In this document: positions 1-9,714 of the stretch, piece after piece
How positions within the stretch are numbered: the first letter of the stretch is position 1
Layout: each line of letters begins with the position of its first letter
DNA from: a virus
Lineage: Duplodnaviria > Caudoviricetes
Direction: 5' to 3' (one strand)
Virus record (IMG/VR): IMGVR_UViG_3300025083_000044
Span: 1 to 53,235 of that record
Length of the DNA: 53,235 nt
Program-made: the position numbers and the translations under genes
The notes under the pieces: generated by a model
Told to the model about the DNA's origin: nothing
Seen by the model: the letters and a program-made list of their open reading frames with translations, nothing else
Databases searched by the model: none

Positions 1-88
1 AAAAGAGGGCCAAGAATAAAAAAATTTATCCCTGGAATTATAGAAAATGACAGCTCCGCAAGGCTAACGGCTGCTAGGCGGCCAAAAG

Positions 89-117
89 TAGAAAAAAAGG
101 CCTAAAATTGCTATAAT
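89..117 (+). promoter_or_regulatory. sigma70-type promoter (extended -10) for the left early operon
   Basis: TGcTATAAT at 109-117, TAGAAA 17 bp upstream, AGGA RBS before ATG 153. Confidence 0.6.
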
Positions 118-152
118 TTACTTACCCGCAAGGGCATTTATAGGAAAAAAAA

Positions 153-425
153 ATGAATAAGCTAAATAGCACTTTTAAACCCTCCAATACTTTTAGGGGA
201 TCGCGTCATATCGTCAAAGGGCAAATCATTCAAGGGGATGATTTCGAGGTTGACGGAATTAGACGGGCATTTTGGTCTAATCCCGATAAAACGCACTCTT
301 GTCATCTGTTCCGCCTAAAAGGTGGCTCGGTTATTGATCGCGTAACCGTTGACTCATTCGAGAATGAAACCTTGAATGACTTTATCGCAAGAACTGAAAC
401 TATTTTAATAGGGGGTAAAAAATGA
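153..425 (+). CDS. hypothetical early protein
   Basis: ORF with RBS after promoter; ATGA overlap with next ORF. Confidence 0.7.
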   Translation: MNKLNSTFKPSNTFRGSRHIVKGQIIQGDDFEVDGIRRAFWSNPDKTHSCHLFRLKGGSVIDRVTVDSFENETLNDFIARTETILIGGKK

Positions 426-565
426 ACGATAAGAAAATAGAAAAGGCTTTTTTAGAAATGGCTAGTAAATCAAAAGCGGTTGAAAAATTGCTTATTGACT
501 ACAACCCAAACAATAAGAAAGTTATTGATAAATATAAGAAAAATCTTCAAGGGGGTTCAAAGTGA
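422..565 (+). CDS. hypothetical 47-aa protein (not in ORF track)
   Basis: MNDKKIEKAFLEMASK...QGGSK; GGGGG RBS; 4-bp overlaps with both neighbours. Confidence 0.65.
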   Translation: MNDKKIEKAFLEMASKSKAVEKLLIDYNPNNKKVIDKYKKNLQGGSK

Positions 566-1092
566 GTATTTTAAAAAGTGAAATAGATTTGAAAGGAACT
601 AAACCCGATTATCTAAGAACAACAAAAAATCTTTATAGCCATTCAGTAGATGGCTATAAGTTGTTTTTTAGTTATCAGACCTTAGTAGCTATTGACGATT
701 TAATTAGCGTTAATTATTGGTCTAATACAACTGCAAGGCATTTGTATTGGATTAATCCTAATAAGGATATAAGGGTTGAGAACTTTGACGAACTTGCAAG
801 AAAGATATTAGGAAAGGCTCAATTGCTTGAAAAAGAAAGATTACCTCTTGCTAATATCTCGGCAATATCCTCTATCTTTTCAATTATGGCAAATGCTGAA
901 ACAGAGGAATCAATCCGAGCAAGTAACGAGCAAAGGAAAAGATTTTACCTTACTCAAGAGGGAATCTCTTTCCCTAGCGATTGGGATTCTCTAAGCGTTG
1001 CCGATCAAAAGAAACGCTTAGATATGTGCGATTATATTGGATTGAATAAGGCTACCGAAGTCTTGAACAATTCGACATCTAAAACAATATAA
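562..1092 (+). CDS. hypothetical early protein
   Basis: 176-aa ORF, GTG start coupled to upstream stop, followed by terminator. Confidence 0.75.
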   Translation: MSILKSEIDLKGTKPDYLRTTKNLYSHSVDGYKLFFSYQTLVAIDDLISVNYWSNTTARHLYWINPNKDIRVENFDELARKILGKAQLLEKERLPLANISAISSIFSIMANAETEESIRASNEQRKRFYLTQEGISFPSDWDSLSVADQKKRLDMCDYIGLNKATEVLNNSTSKTI

Positions 1093-1109
1093 ATAACTAT
1101 CGGGAAACT

Positions 1110-1135
1110 AAGGCGGGACAACCCGCCTTTTTTTT
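1110..1135 (+). terminator. intrinsic terminator
   Basis: AAGGCGGG-acaa-CCCGCCTT followed by T run. Confidence 0.85.
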
Positions 1136-1515
1136 GTCTTGAATAAAGGGACTCTATACGATATGAAACGGGTGAATGAAACGGGACTAAAACAAAAGGC
1201 CACACCCCATATTGTATATTGGGACTCCGTCAGGTGCAGAGAAGAACAATAAAACACATACTCAATCTCTCATATCTAAAGATTGCCTTTTTTTTATCCC
1301 TCATATATCATTCGTATGCAGGTAAGGTATTTTTGCACTTCGTTCAATCTATCTTCTCCAAGATCTTTACTTTGCCTGCCCTAAAAAAATTTTTTCCAGC
1401 CAAAAAAAATCCTGAGACAAAAAAGTTATTCACACTTTTTCCCCAGATCAAATCCAAATAAACAAAAGGGTACCCATACCCCCCAAAATTTTTCTATACT
1501 TTTTAAACTTTTGAG

Positions 1516-1524
1516 TGTTAGAAT
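1516..1524 (+). promoter_or_regulatory. extended -10 promoter for the packaging/structural arm
   Basis: TGtTAGAAT upstream of AACCGAGG and ATG 1545. Confidence 0.45.
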
Positions 1525-1544
1525 AAAGCAACCGAGGAAAGGAT

Positions 1545-2405
1545 ATGGGATTTTTAAGTAAAGCATTTAAAAGAGTTAAGAAACAAATACGGCCTAACAA
1601 TATGATGATTGGCAATATACGTAAGATGCCAAGACGTCCAGGTATGATAGGAGACATGCGTTTTCGAGGTAGAATGCCAAGACGTGGCGGTTTTGGATTC
1701 GGATTAGGTGAAGCCATTCGCAGGTTAAAAAAACAACGCGATATGGGTATGCCAAGAAGACCAAGTACGCCAGGTATAGGTTTTCTAGGCGGATCTCTTG
1801 GATTTTACGATAGAATGATTGGAACACCCCAACCTATACCAAGAGCAGAAATAGACATTTCAGCTTTAGAGCCTTTGCCGATGGGCGAGATGCCGATGAC
1901 TCAAGACCTTCCAGAGGTTTCACCTGTTGGAATGATGGCGGGCAGAACTTTACAACAAGACTTTCCAGCTGAGCCACGTATGATGATGGCTGAGGGTGAT
2001 GAGGCTGACTCAGATGATTTCCCAGATTTAAGCGGAGACGGAGAAACAACTTTTAAAGACGTATTAATTGGTAGAGGAGTTCAACTTAAAGCCGAGGGAG
2101 GCGAAATGATGACTCAAGAAAATGAAATAGATGCCATGTTAGGCGGTATGGATTCTGAAGAATCTGGAGCAATGGAAGACCTAGAGCAGATGGCTCCAGA
2201 AATGGAGATGATCGATCAGCTTGTAACAATGGTTGTCCAAATGATTCAGCAAGGCGCAAGCGAAGAAGAGGTAATAATGTTCCTCAGAGAGCAAGGGCTC
2301 GACGATGAAGATATTGGTACTGTTCTCCAACTTGTAGCTGAGATGGCAGAAGCCGAATCGATGCCTGAAGATGGTATCGACGCAGAACTAGAACAACTAG
2401 CTTAG
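1545..2405 (+). CDS. low-complexity probable virion-internal protein
   Basis: R/M/G-rich N-half, acidic C-half, FPDLSGDGETTFKDVLIGRG EF-hand-like segment, AEGG motif. Confidence 0.7.
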   Translation: MGFLSKAFKRVKKQIRPNNMMIGNIRKMPRRPGMIGDMRFRGRMPRRGGFGFGLGEAIRRLKKQRDMGMPRRPSTPGIGFLGGSLGFYDRMIGTPQPIPRAEIDISALEPLPMGEMPMTQDLPEVSPVGMMAGRTLQQDFPAEPRMMMAEGDEADSDDFPDLSGDGETTFKDVLIGRGVQLKAEGGEMMTQENEIDAMLGGMDSEESGAMEDLEQMAPEMEMIDQLVTMVVQMIQQGASEEEVIMFLREQGLDDEDIGTVLQLVAEMAEAESMPEDGIDAELEQLA

Positions 2406-2407
2406 CA

Positions 2408-2845
2408 ATGGCCAACGAGCCAACCAATATAGAAAATCTTTTACAGATGCTGAATCAATCAGCGCCTGTAACTGAGGCTCCCCCAAGTACTTTCGATCTA
2501 GGTACTATTGAACCATTCAATCCGATAATGGAAAGGTATAAACCTAATCCTTTGGATGAGTTTGTAATGATGATGGCTGACCCAACCAAAAAATTAAAAG
2601 TTATTTCTACTCCAATTAAAATGCAACTCAAGCCTTTATTTGCTAAAAGAAATAAAATCAAACAATTAATAGATAAACAAAAATTTAATTACGATAGAGG
2701 TCAAGACTTAGCATCTAAAGCTGACCCTGACGCTATAGATCAAGGCAACTATATGATGAATGCTGCGATTAAAAGCGGTCAAAGATTTCAAAAACAATTA
2801 AATGAATTAGAAGAAAAGATTAGAAAAATATACCAAAGTAAATAA
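2408..2845 (+). CDS. hypothetical coiled-coil protein
   Basis: 145-aa ORF tightly packed between 1545 ORF and terL. Confidence 0.7.
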   Translation: MANEPTNIENLLQMLNQSAPVTEAPPSTFDLGTIEPFNPIMERYKPNPLDEFVMMMADPTKKLKVISTPIKMQLKPLFAKRNKIKQLIDKQKFNYDRGQDLASKADPDAIDQGNYMMNAAIKSGQRFQKQLNELEEKIRKIYQSK

Positions 2846-4306
2846 ATGGATTTTTCCAAACTTACAGAGGCTGAACTCAAAGAAGCCCTGCTGCTTTTAG
2901 AAAAGCAAGACGGTTACTCAACGCAAGATGAGTGTCAAGAATCTTTTTTGAGTTACGTCAATCACATGTGGCCAGAGTTTGTCTGCGGTCGTCATCATCA
3001 GATATTTGCAGAAAAGCTAGAACAAGTTGCTCGAGGTGAAATCAATCGTTTGATTGTTAACATGCCGCCTCGACATACCAAATCTGAGTTTGCTTCGACC
3101 TTCTTTCCGTCTTGGGTGATGGGGCTCAAACCTAAAATGAAAATAATGGAGACGACCCATACGGGTGAACTCGCCGTTAGGTTCGGTCGTAAGGTGCGTA
3201 ACTTGATGGATCAAAAAGAATACAAACAAGTTTTTCCCGATGTCAGTTTGCAGGCTGATAACAAATCAGCAGGACGTTGGGAAACCAATAAGGGTGGCGA
3301 ATACTTTGCAGCAGGTGTGGGTGGAGCTGTAACTGGGCGGGGTGCGGATTTGTTAATCATCGACGATCCGCATTCTGAACAGGATGCACTTTCGCCGACT
3401 GCTTTAGAGTCTGCCTACGAGTGGTACACTTCTGGACCCCGCCAGCGTTTACAGCCTAAAGGTGCAATTGTAATAGTGATGACGCGCTGGTCTTCGATCG
3501 ACCTAACCGCTAAATTACTAGACGCGCAAAAAGAACCTTTGGCTGACCAATGGGAAGTGATAGAGTTCCCTGCCATCTTCCCCGATACCGAAAAACCTCT
3601 TTGGCCCGAGTATTGGGCTTTAGATGAATTGCAGAAAGTTAAAGCGTCTTTACCTGGAATGAAGTGGAATGCTCAATGGATGCAAACGCCGACCGCTGAA
3701 GAGGGTTCGATTATCAAACGAGACTGGTGGCAAAGATGGAAGCATGATTCTTTACCCTCCGTTCAATATATTATGCAGTCTTATGATACGGCGTTTTCTA
3801 AAAAAGAAACGGCTGACTTTTCGGCTATCTCAACTTGGGGCGTTTTTAGACCCAGCGAAGATTCGCCCGATTGCGTCATGTTATTGGATTGTCAAAAAGG
3901 CAGGTGGGACTTCCCCGAACTCAAAGAAATAGCGATGCGCGAGTATCAATACTGGGAAACCGATATGGTTTTGATTGAAGCCAAAGCAAGTGGCACGCCG
4001 CTTACCCATGAGCTAAGACGAATGGGCATACCTGTAGTAAATTACTCGCCGACTAGAGGTCATGATAAAACAACAAGAATGCACTCGGTTGCTCCCATCT
4101 TTGAGTCTGGTATGGTGTATGCTCCGAATATGGCATTTGCCGAGGATATGATTGAAGAATGTGCATCATTTCCGTTTGGAGCTCACGATGATTTATGTGA
4201 TACTATGACTCAAGCGTTGATGCGATTCCGCGAGGGCGGTTTTGTAAATTTAGATAGTGATTACGAAGACGAAGAACGCGAACCTAGACAGAGAGTTTAT
4301 TACTAA
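2846..4306 (+). CDS. terL: terminase large subunit
   Basis: Walker A-like MPPRHTKS, Walker B LLIIDDPH, nuclease motifs SYDTA and HDDLCD; precedes portal. Confidence 0.95.
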   Translation: MDFSKLTEAELKEALLLLEKQDGYSTQDECQESFLSYVNHMWPEFVCGRHHQIFAEKLEQVARGEINRLIVNMPPRHTKSEFASTFFPSWVMGLKPKMKIMETTHTGELAVRFGRKVRNLMDQKEYKQVFPDVSLQADNKSAGRWETNKGGEYFAAGVGGAVTGRGADLLIIDDPHSEQDALSPTALESAYEWYTSGPRQRLQPKGAIVIVMTRWSSIDLTAKLLDAQKEPLADQWEVIEFPAIFPDTEKPLWPEYWALDELQKVKASLPGMKWNAQWMQTPTAEEGSIIKRDWWQRWKHDSLPSVQYIMQSYDTAFSKKETADFSAISTWGVFRPSEDSPDCVMLLDCQKGRWDFPELKEIAMREYQYWETDMVLIEAKASGTPLTHELRRMGIPVVNYSPTRGHDKTTRMHSVAPIFESGMVYAPNMAFAEDMIEECASFPFGAHDDLCDTMTQALMRFREGGFVNLDSDYEDEEREPRQRVYY

Positions 4307-6813
4307 TGGCAATAGAAAGACAAACACCCGATCCTGCTCAAGAAGTAGAAGACATGCAAGATATGACAACTGAAAGGTCAACCGAAGATATTGATAATGA
4401 AATTATTGAAATCTTAGAAGGTTTAGACGAAGAAGAGGGCATTCAAGTTCAAGACGATGGCTCAGTTATTTTGGGTGAGATGGAAGAAGAAATGGGGGCT
4501 GTTGGTTTTAGCGAAAACCTAGCCGAAGTTGTTTCTCAAAATGAGCTAAGTAAAATTTATATTGAGCTAACAGCCGCGATAGAAAACGACAAGTCTGCTA
4601 GAAAAGATTGGGAAAAAACTTATACCGATGGACTCAAGTATCTAGGTATGAAGTTTGATGATGGCAGGTCTGAACCTTTTGAGGGTGCAAGTGGTGTTAT
4701 CCATCCGTTGCTTGGCGAATCTGTAACTCAGTTCCAAGCGCAGGCTTACAAAGAATTACTACCCCCGCAAGGCCCAGTTAAAACTCAAGTGGTTGGTGAA
4801 TATAGTTCAGCTGTAGAAGAACAAGCCCAACGTGTTAAAGAATTTATGAACTATCAAATAGTTCACGTGATGGAAGAGTACGACGAAGATCTAGATCAAA
4901 TGCTTTTCTATTTGCCTTTAGCAGGCTCTGCTTTTAAGAAAGTTTATTACGATGAAACTTTGCAACGACCTGTTTCTAAGTTTGTTGCACCCGAAGATTT
5001 AATTGTTCCTTACTATACAACCGATCTAGAATCTTGCCCAAGAATCACTCACGTGATTAAGATGCCAGAAAACGAAGTTAAAAAACTTCAAGCAATTGGT
5101 TTTTATAGAGACGTAAGAGTAAGTGATGGCAGCGATCTATCAAACGCATCTGGCGTTAAAGAAGAAATAGAAAAGCTAGAAGGAATGGAACCATCTTACG
5201 ATACAGGTGAAGTTTCTAATCTTTACGAAGTTCATTGTAATTTAGACCTTGAAGGGTTTGAAGATGTAAATGAAGAGGGCGAGTATACAGAAGTTAAGTT
5301 GCCTTACATCGTAACAATTGATAGCAACAGCGAAAACATTTTATCTATTCGTAGAAACTTTGAAGAAGACGATCCGATGAAAAATAAAATCGAATACTTC
5401 GTTCACTTCAAGTTCTTGCCTGGTTTAGGCTTCTACGGATTTGGCTTAACTCATATGATTGGTGGTTTATCCAAAGCCTCAACTTCAATCGTTAGACAAT
5501 TGATTGATGCTGGTACTTTGGCTAACTTGCCAGCTGGTTTTAAAACTAGGGGTATTAGAATTAGAGACGAAGATTCTCCGATTCAACCAGGTGAGTTTAG
5601 AGATGTGGATGCACCCGCAGGATCTTTGCGAGACGCAATTCAACCTTTGCCATTTAAAGAACCAAGCGGAACTTTACTTTCTTTATTAGGCTTATTGGTT
5701 CAAAGCGGCCAACGATTTGCATCTATTGCTGAGATAAATGTAGGCGAAGGTAATTCGCAAGCACCTGTAGGAACGACGGTTGCTTTGTTAGAAAAATCTA
5801 CCAAGGTTTTATCTGCGATTCATAAGCGTTTGCATGCAGGCCAAAAGAAAGAGTTTAATTTATTAGCAGATATTTTTGCCAAAAGTTTACCCGAAGCATA
5901 TCCATATGCTGTATCGGGTGGACAGATGGAAATTAAGCAGGCTGACTTTGACGATAGAGTAGATGTATTCCCTGTCTCTAACCCAGACATATTCTCTACC
6001 AGCCAAAGAATTATTATGGCTCAAGAAATGATGCAATTGGTTCAATCCAATCCGCAGATTCATGGTCCAAATGGTATGTATGAAGCTTATCGCAGAATGT
6101 ATGCTGCGTTAGGAACAGACAATATTGATGCGTTATTAATTCCACCCCCAGACACTCAACCTAAACCGATTGAGTCTGGAATGGAAAACAGCACCTTATT
6201 AATGGGTGGAACAGCGCAGGCATTTATTCAGCAAAACCATGATGCTCATATTGCATCTCACGTTAACTTGTTGAACATGCAACCAGTTCAAATGAACGCT
6301 CAGATTCAAGCAAACATACATTCGCATATCATGCAGCACTTACAAATGAAAGCTGACTTGATCGCGCAACAACAGATGCCGCCCGAGGCCATGCAGCAAT
6401 ATCAACAATTGCAGCAACAAGCCCAACAATCCACACCTGTTGACGCGGCGGCGCTCAATCAACAAGCCAACGAACTGTTGGCGCAGTTTAGCTCGCCAAT
6501 AATGACCGATCTAATGGCTCAGTTTGCTCAGCAAGTAGCAACTCCGCCGCAAGAAGATCCGTTGGTAGCAATTAGAAAACAAGAGTTAGCACTCAAAGGT
6601 CAAGAGTTGCAACAAGACAAAGAACAATTTGCCGTTAAAGAGCAAATGCGTGCAGAGGAAAAATCCCGACAAGATCAAATAGACCGAGAACGTATTGACG
6701 CCCAGCGAGATATTGCTAGAATGAAGGACGATACGACTCAAGATAGACTTGATCAACAAAAAGAATTAAAATTGATTGATATCGGTCTAAAACAGTTCGA
6801 TCAATTTAGGTAA
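4306..6813 (+). CDS. portal protein (P22-like, long Q-rich C-terminal barrel)
   Basis: directly after terL; 835 aa; LPLAGSAFKKVYYD, FYGFGL, helical Q-rich tail. Confidence 0.9.
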   Translation: MAIERQTPDPAQEVEDMQDMTTERSTEDIDNEIIEILEGLDEEEGIQVQDDGSVILGEMEEEMGAVGFSENLAEVVSQNELSKIYIELTAAIENDKSARKDWEKTYTDGLKYLGMKFDDGRSEPFEGASGVIHPLLGESVTQFQAQAYKELLPPQGPVKTQVVGEYSSAVEEQAQRVKEFMNYQIVHVMEEYDEDLDQMLFYLPLAGSAFKKVYYDETLQRPVSKFVAPEDLIVPYYTTDLESCPRITHVIKMPENEVKKLQAIGFYRDVRVSDGSDLSNASGVKEEIEKLEGMEPSYDTGEVSNLYEVHCNLDLEGFEDVNEEGEYTEVKLPYIVTIDSNSENILSIRRNFEEDDPMKNKIEYFVHFKFLPGLGFYGFGLTHMIGGLSKASTSIVRQLIDAGTLANLPAGFKTRGIRIRDEDSPIQPGEFRDVDAPAGSLRDAIQPLPFKEPSGTLLSLLGLLVQSGQRFASIAEINVGEGNSQAPVGTTVALLEKSTKVLSAIHKRLHAGQKKEFNLLADIFAKSLPEAYPYAVSGGQMEIKQADFDDRVDVFPVSNPDIFSTSQRIIMAQEMMQLVQSNPQIHGPNGMYEAYRRMYAALGTDNIDALLIPPPDTQPKPIESGMENSTLLMGGTAQAFIQQNHDAHIASHVNLLNMQPVQMNAQIQANIHSHIMQHLQMKADLIAQQQMPPEAMQQYQQLQQQAQQSTPVDAAALNQQANELLAQFSSPIMTDLMAQFAQQVATPPQEDPLVAIRKQELALKGQELQQDKEQFAVKEQMRAEEKSRQDQIDRERIDAQRDIARMKDDTTQDRLDQQKELKLIDIGLKQFDQFR

Positions 6814-6817
6814 ACAA

Positions 6818-7000
6818 ATGGCTAAAAATATAAAAGTAGACAAAAACAAACTATCATACAGCAACAAAGGAACTGTCCCTTCTAAAAATAATGAAGGCAC
6901 TTTCTCTGCTGACGCTTCGCCAAAGCCAGGAATGGGTAAAGGCAAAGCTAGAGGTATGGGCGCTGCTGAGTTCGGCGGTAAGTTTTCTGGCATTTATTAA
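6818..7000 (+). CDS. small basic protein
   Basis: KARGMGAAEFGGKF; coupled between portal and next gene. Confidence 0.7.
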   Translation: MAKNIKVDKNKLSYSNKGTVPSKNNEGTFSADASPKPGMGKGKARGMGAAEFGGKFSGIY

Positions 7001-7212
7001 TGTCAACGATTTGGGTAGCTGACCAATTAAAAAAAAGGCTAAAGGAGAAGAAAGACGATACCCAGAGTCAATTACTCAATGGTGTTCAATCTTTCGACGA
7101 CTATCAATATCTACGTGGGCGTTACAATTCCCTCGTTGACGTAGAGGAAGAACTTAGGGAGTTGCTAGAGAGGATAGAAGAAAATGACGAAGAACAAAGT
7201 ATTGGTACCTGA
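7000..7212 (+). CDS. small coiled-coil protein
   Basis: helical ORF directly upstream of groES, stop/start coupled. Confidence 0.75.
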   Translation: MSTIWVADQLKKRLKEKKDDTQSQLLNGVQSFDDYQYLRGRYNSLVDVEEELRELLERIEENDEEQSIGT

Positions 7213-7681
7213 CCATATTGCAGCTGAATTAGAAAACGACAAAGCCGCAGAAACAAAAGCAGAAGAAAACAAATCTGAAGTTGACAAAGCTTTTGTCAGC
7301 GCAGAAGAACGTGTTTTAGATCCTACCTTGGTTGATAAAACCTTAATAGAAAGAATGCCTAGTCCTACTGGATGGAGAATGTTGATTCTTCCTTACAGAG
7401 GCAGAGGTGTATCTAAGGGTGGAATTGTATTAACAAAAGAATCAGTTGACAGAGAAGCTTTGGCCTCAGTAGTCGCGTATGTGATTAAAATGGGCCCGCT
7501 CTGTTATAAAGACAAAGACAAATTTGGAGACACACCTTGGTGTGAAGAGAAGCAATGGGTGCTAATTGGTCGGTATGCTGGAGCTCGCTTTAAGTTAGGC
7601 GATGATGCAGAATGCCGTATTATTAACGACGACGAAGTTATCGCGACCATTCAAGATCCCGATGATATCGTCACGCTGTAA
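7184..7681 (+). CDS. groES: co-chaperonin GroES/Cpn10-like
   Basis: PTGWRMLI...SKGGIVL...MGP...YAG...RIINDDEVIA matches the Cpn10 pattern. Confidence 0.9.
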   Translation: MTKNKVLVPDHIAAELENDKAAETKAEENKSEVDKAFVSAEERVLDPTLVDKTLIERMPSPTGWRMLILPYRGRGVSKGGIVLTKESVDREALASVVAYVIKMGPLCYKDKDKFGDTPWCEEKQWVLIGRYAGARFKLGDDAECRIINDDEVIATIQDPDDIVTL

Positions 7682-7696
7682 ACGTGAGGAGGACTC

Positions 7697-8608
7697 ATGC
7701 TAGAAGAAGAAAATAATCAAGCTCCAGAACAAGAGGTTGAGGAAGGCGAGGTTGTAGAACTTGATGTTCCAGAGGAAGATCAAGAGGAGCAAGCCGCTGT
7801 AGAAGAGGTTCCCGAAGAGGAAACTAAAAAGGATGAAGAGCAAGACGAACTAGAGAACTATTCAAAAAATGTTCAAAAGCGTATTGCTAACTTAACCAAA
7901 AAAATGCGTGAGCAAGAGCGTGCCGCTCAATCTGCTTACGAGTATGCAAAAAGCTTACAAGAAGAGAATGAAAATTTAAAAACCAGCACATCTGAGTTAA
8001 ATAAAAACTACTATGGTGAAGCTGAAAATAGATTAAAGTCTCAAAGAGCTCAAGCTAATACTGTTTTAAAAGGAGCCTATCAAGAACAAGACTGGGACAA
8101 GGTAACAAAAGCTCAAGAAATTCTTGATAAGATTACTGTTGAAGAAAGTAAATTAGCTAATAACAGAATGCAAATTGAAAGAGAGCCTCAGTATCAAGAA
8201 GTTCCAAATCAACAAGCATTTCAAGAACAAGTTCAAGCTCCGCCTCCGCAAGCAGACCCTGCTGCAGAAGGTTGGGCACAAAAAAACGAGTGGTTTGGTC
8301 AAGATGAAATCATGACTATGGCCGCTTTTAACATTCATCAGAAATTAATTGAGGAAGAAGGGTTTGATCCTAGCGACTCAATGTACTATGATGAGATAGA
8401 CAAACGTATTAGAGTCGAATTTCCACATAAGTTTAACGACGGTGGAGAAGCAAAACCTAAAGCGAAGATGCAACAAACCGTTGCTCCAGCTGGAAGGTCA
8501 GAAAGCTCTGGTAAGAAACGACAAGTCAGACTTAGCAAAAGCGAAGTTGAAATGGCTCGTCGTTTAAATGTACCAGTTCAAGAATACGCTAAGCATATTA
8601 AAAGGTAA
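7697..8608 (+). CDS. capsid scaffolding protein
   Basis: acidic N-terminus, long coiled coil, C-terminal VRLSKSEVEMARRLNVPVQEYAK; upstream of capsid. Confidence 0.75.
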   Translation: MLEEENNQAPEQEVEEGEVVELDVPEEDQEEQAAVEEVPEEETKKDEEQDELENYSKNVQKRIANLTKKMREQERAAQSAYEYAKSLQEENENLKTSTSELNKNYYGEAENRLKSQRAQANTVLKGAYQEQDWDKVTKAQEILDKITVEESKLANNRMQIEREPQYQEVPNQQAFQEQVQAPPPQADPAAEGWAQKNEWFGQDEIMTMAAFNIHQKLIEEEGFDPSDSMYYDEIDKRIRVEFPHKFNDGGEAKPKAKMQQTVAPAGRSESSGKKRQVRLSKSEVEMARRLNVPVQEYAKHIKR

Positions 8609-8613
8609 TAAAT

Positions 8614-9087
8614 ATGGCTGATAATAAAAAAACTAATAACAGAACTCCTCGTTCTGCTGATACTCGAGCTACTATGAACGCTCGCAAACCATGGCGTCCC
8701 CCATCTATGTTGGAGACACCACCTGCACCTGAAGGTTATACCTATAGGTGGATAAGAGCCGAAATTGTCGGTCAGGAAGATAAAAAGAATGTAATGTCTA
8801 GGCTACGTGAGGGCTTTGAGCTCGTAACTGCTGATGAGATTGGAGACTTTGAACTTCCTTCGATTGATGATGGAAAGCACGCTGGTGTTGTATCCGTGGG
8901 TGGTTTGCTTTTGGCTAAGATTCCGAATGAAACACGTGAAGAAAGAAACGCCTATTTCTCAGACCGTGCTCAACAGCAACAAGAAGCTATTGATAATGAT
9001 CTATTAAAGGAATCAGATCCAAGTTCTCCGATGTTAAAACCTCAGAGAACATCAAGCGTAACTTTTGGTGGCGGTAAAAGAAGTTAA
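8614..9087 (+). CDS. conserved head-module protein
   Basis: WRPPSMLETPPAPEGYTYRWIR; between scaffold and capsid genes. Confidence 0.75.
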   Translation: MADNKKTNNRTPRSADTRATMNARKPWRPPSMLETPPAPEGYTYRWIRAEIVGQEDKKNVMSRLREGFELVTADEIGDFELPSIDDGKHAGVVSVGGLLLAKIPNETREERNAYFSDRAQQQQEAIDNDLLKESDPSSPMLKPQRTSSVTFGGGKRS

Positions 9088-9129
9088 TTCTTATACCGTT
9101 AAATAAATATTTAATTTAAAGGTAATAAT

Positions 9130-9711
9130 ATGTCTAATCAAAATGCACCTTTCGGATTAAAACCAGTAGGAAAAGTTGGTTCGGGCTACAACAGCGAAGG
9201 AGTAACCGAATACAAAATTGCTTCTGGTGCATCTGGAAACATTTTTTCAGGCGACCTAGTGAAGATGACCAACGCGGGAACTATTTTAGTTGCTGGCGCT
9301 ACGGATAATCCTGTACTAGGAGTCTTTAGAGGATGTCAATATACAGACTCAAGCGGAGATACGATTTTTTCATCGTATTGGCCAAATGGAACTGTGACAT
9401 CTGACGCGGTGGCATTCATAGTTGACGATCCTAATGCCTTGTTTGAAGTTCAATCAGCTGCTACTGGTTCAGTAGTGCAAACAGTTGTTGGTAATAATGC
9501 TGACTCTGTTTACTCAACTGGTTCAACACAAACAGGTATTTCTGGAGTTAAAATTAGTGGCACTACTGCTGCTACTACAGCTCAGTTAAGGATTGTGGGC
9601 GTTTCTACTGATCCTGAAAACAGCACCCTAGGTACTGGTTCAGCTTCAACAAACGTGAACTTGATTGTTAAAATTAACGAGCACTTCTATGCTCAAACCA
9701 CAGGGGTATAA
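9130..9711 (+). CDS. capsid decoration/minor capsid protein
   Basis: APFGLKPV N-terminus, beta-rich G/T/S composition, directly before MCP. Confidence 0.65.
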   Translation: MSNQNAPFGLKPVGKVGSGYNSEGVTEYKIASGASGNIFSGDLVKMTNAGTILVAGATDNPVLGVFRGCQYTDSSGDTIFSSYWPNGTVTSDAVAFIVDDPNALFEVQSAATGSVVQTVVGNNADSVYSTGSTQTGISGVKISGTTAATTAQLRIVGVSTDPENSTLGTGSASTNVNLIVKINEHFYAQTTGV

Positions 9712-9714
9712 ATA

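Noticed and set aside
1219-1717. ORFs 1219-1461 (+) and 1448-1717 (-)
   Set aside because: No clear RBS, composition driven by A/T runs or antisense to the 1545 gene; likely spurious.
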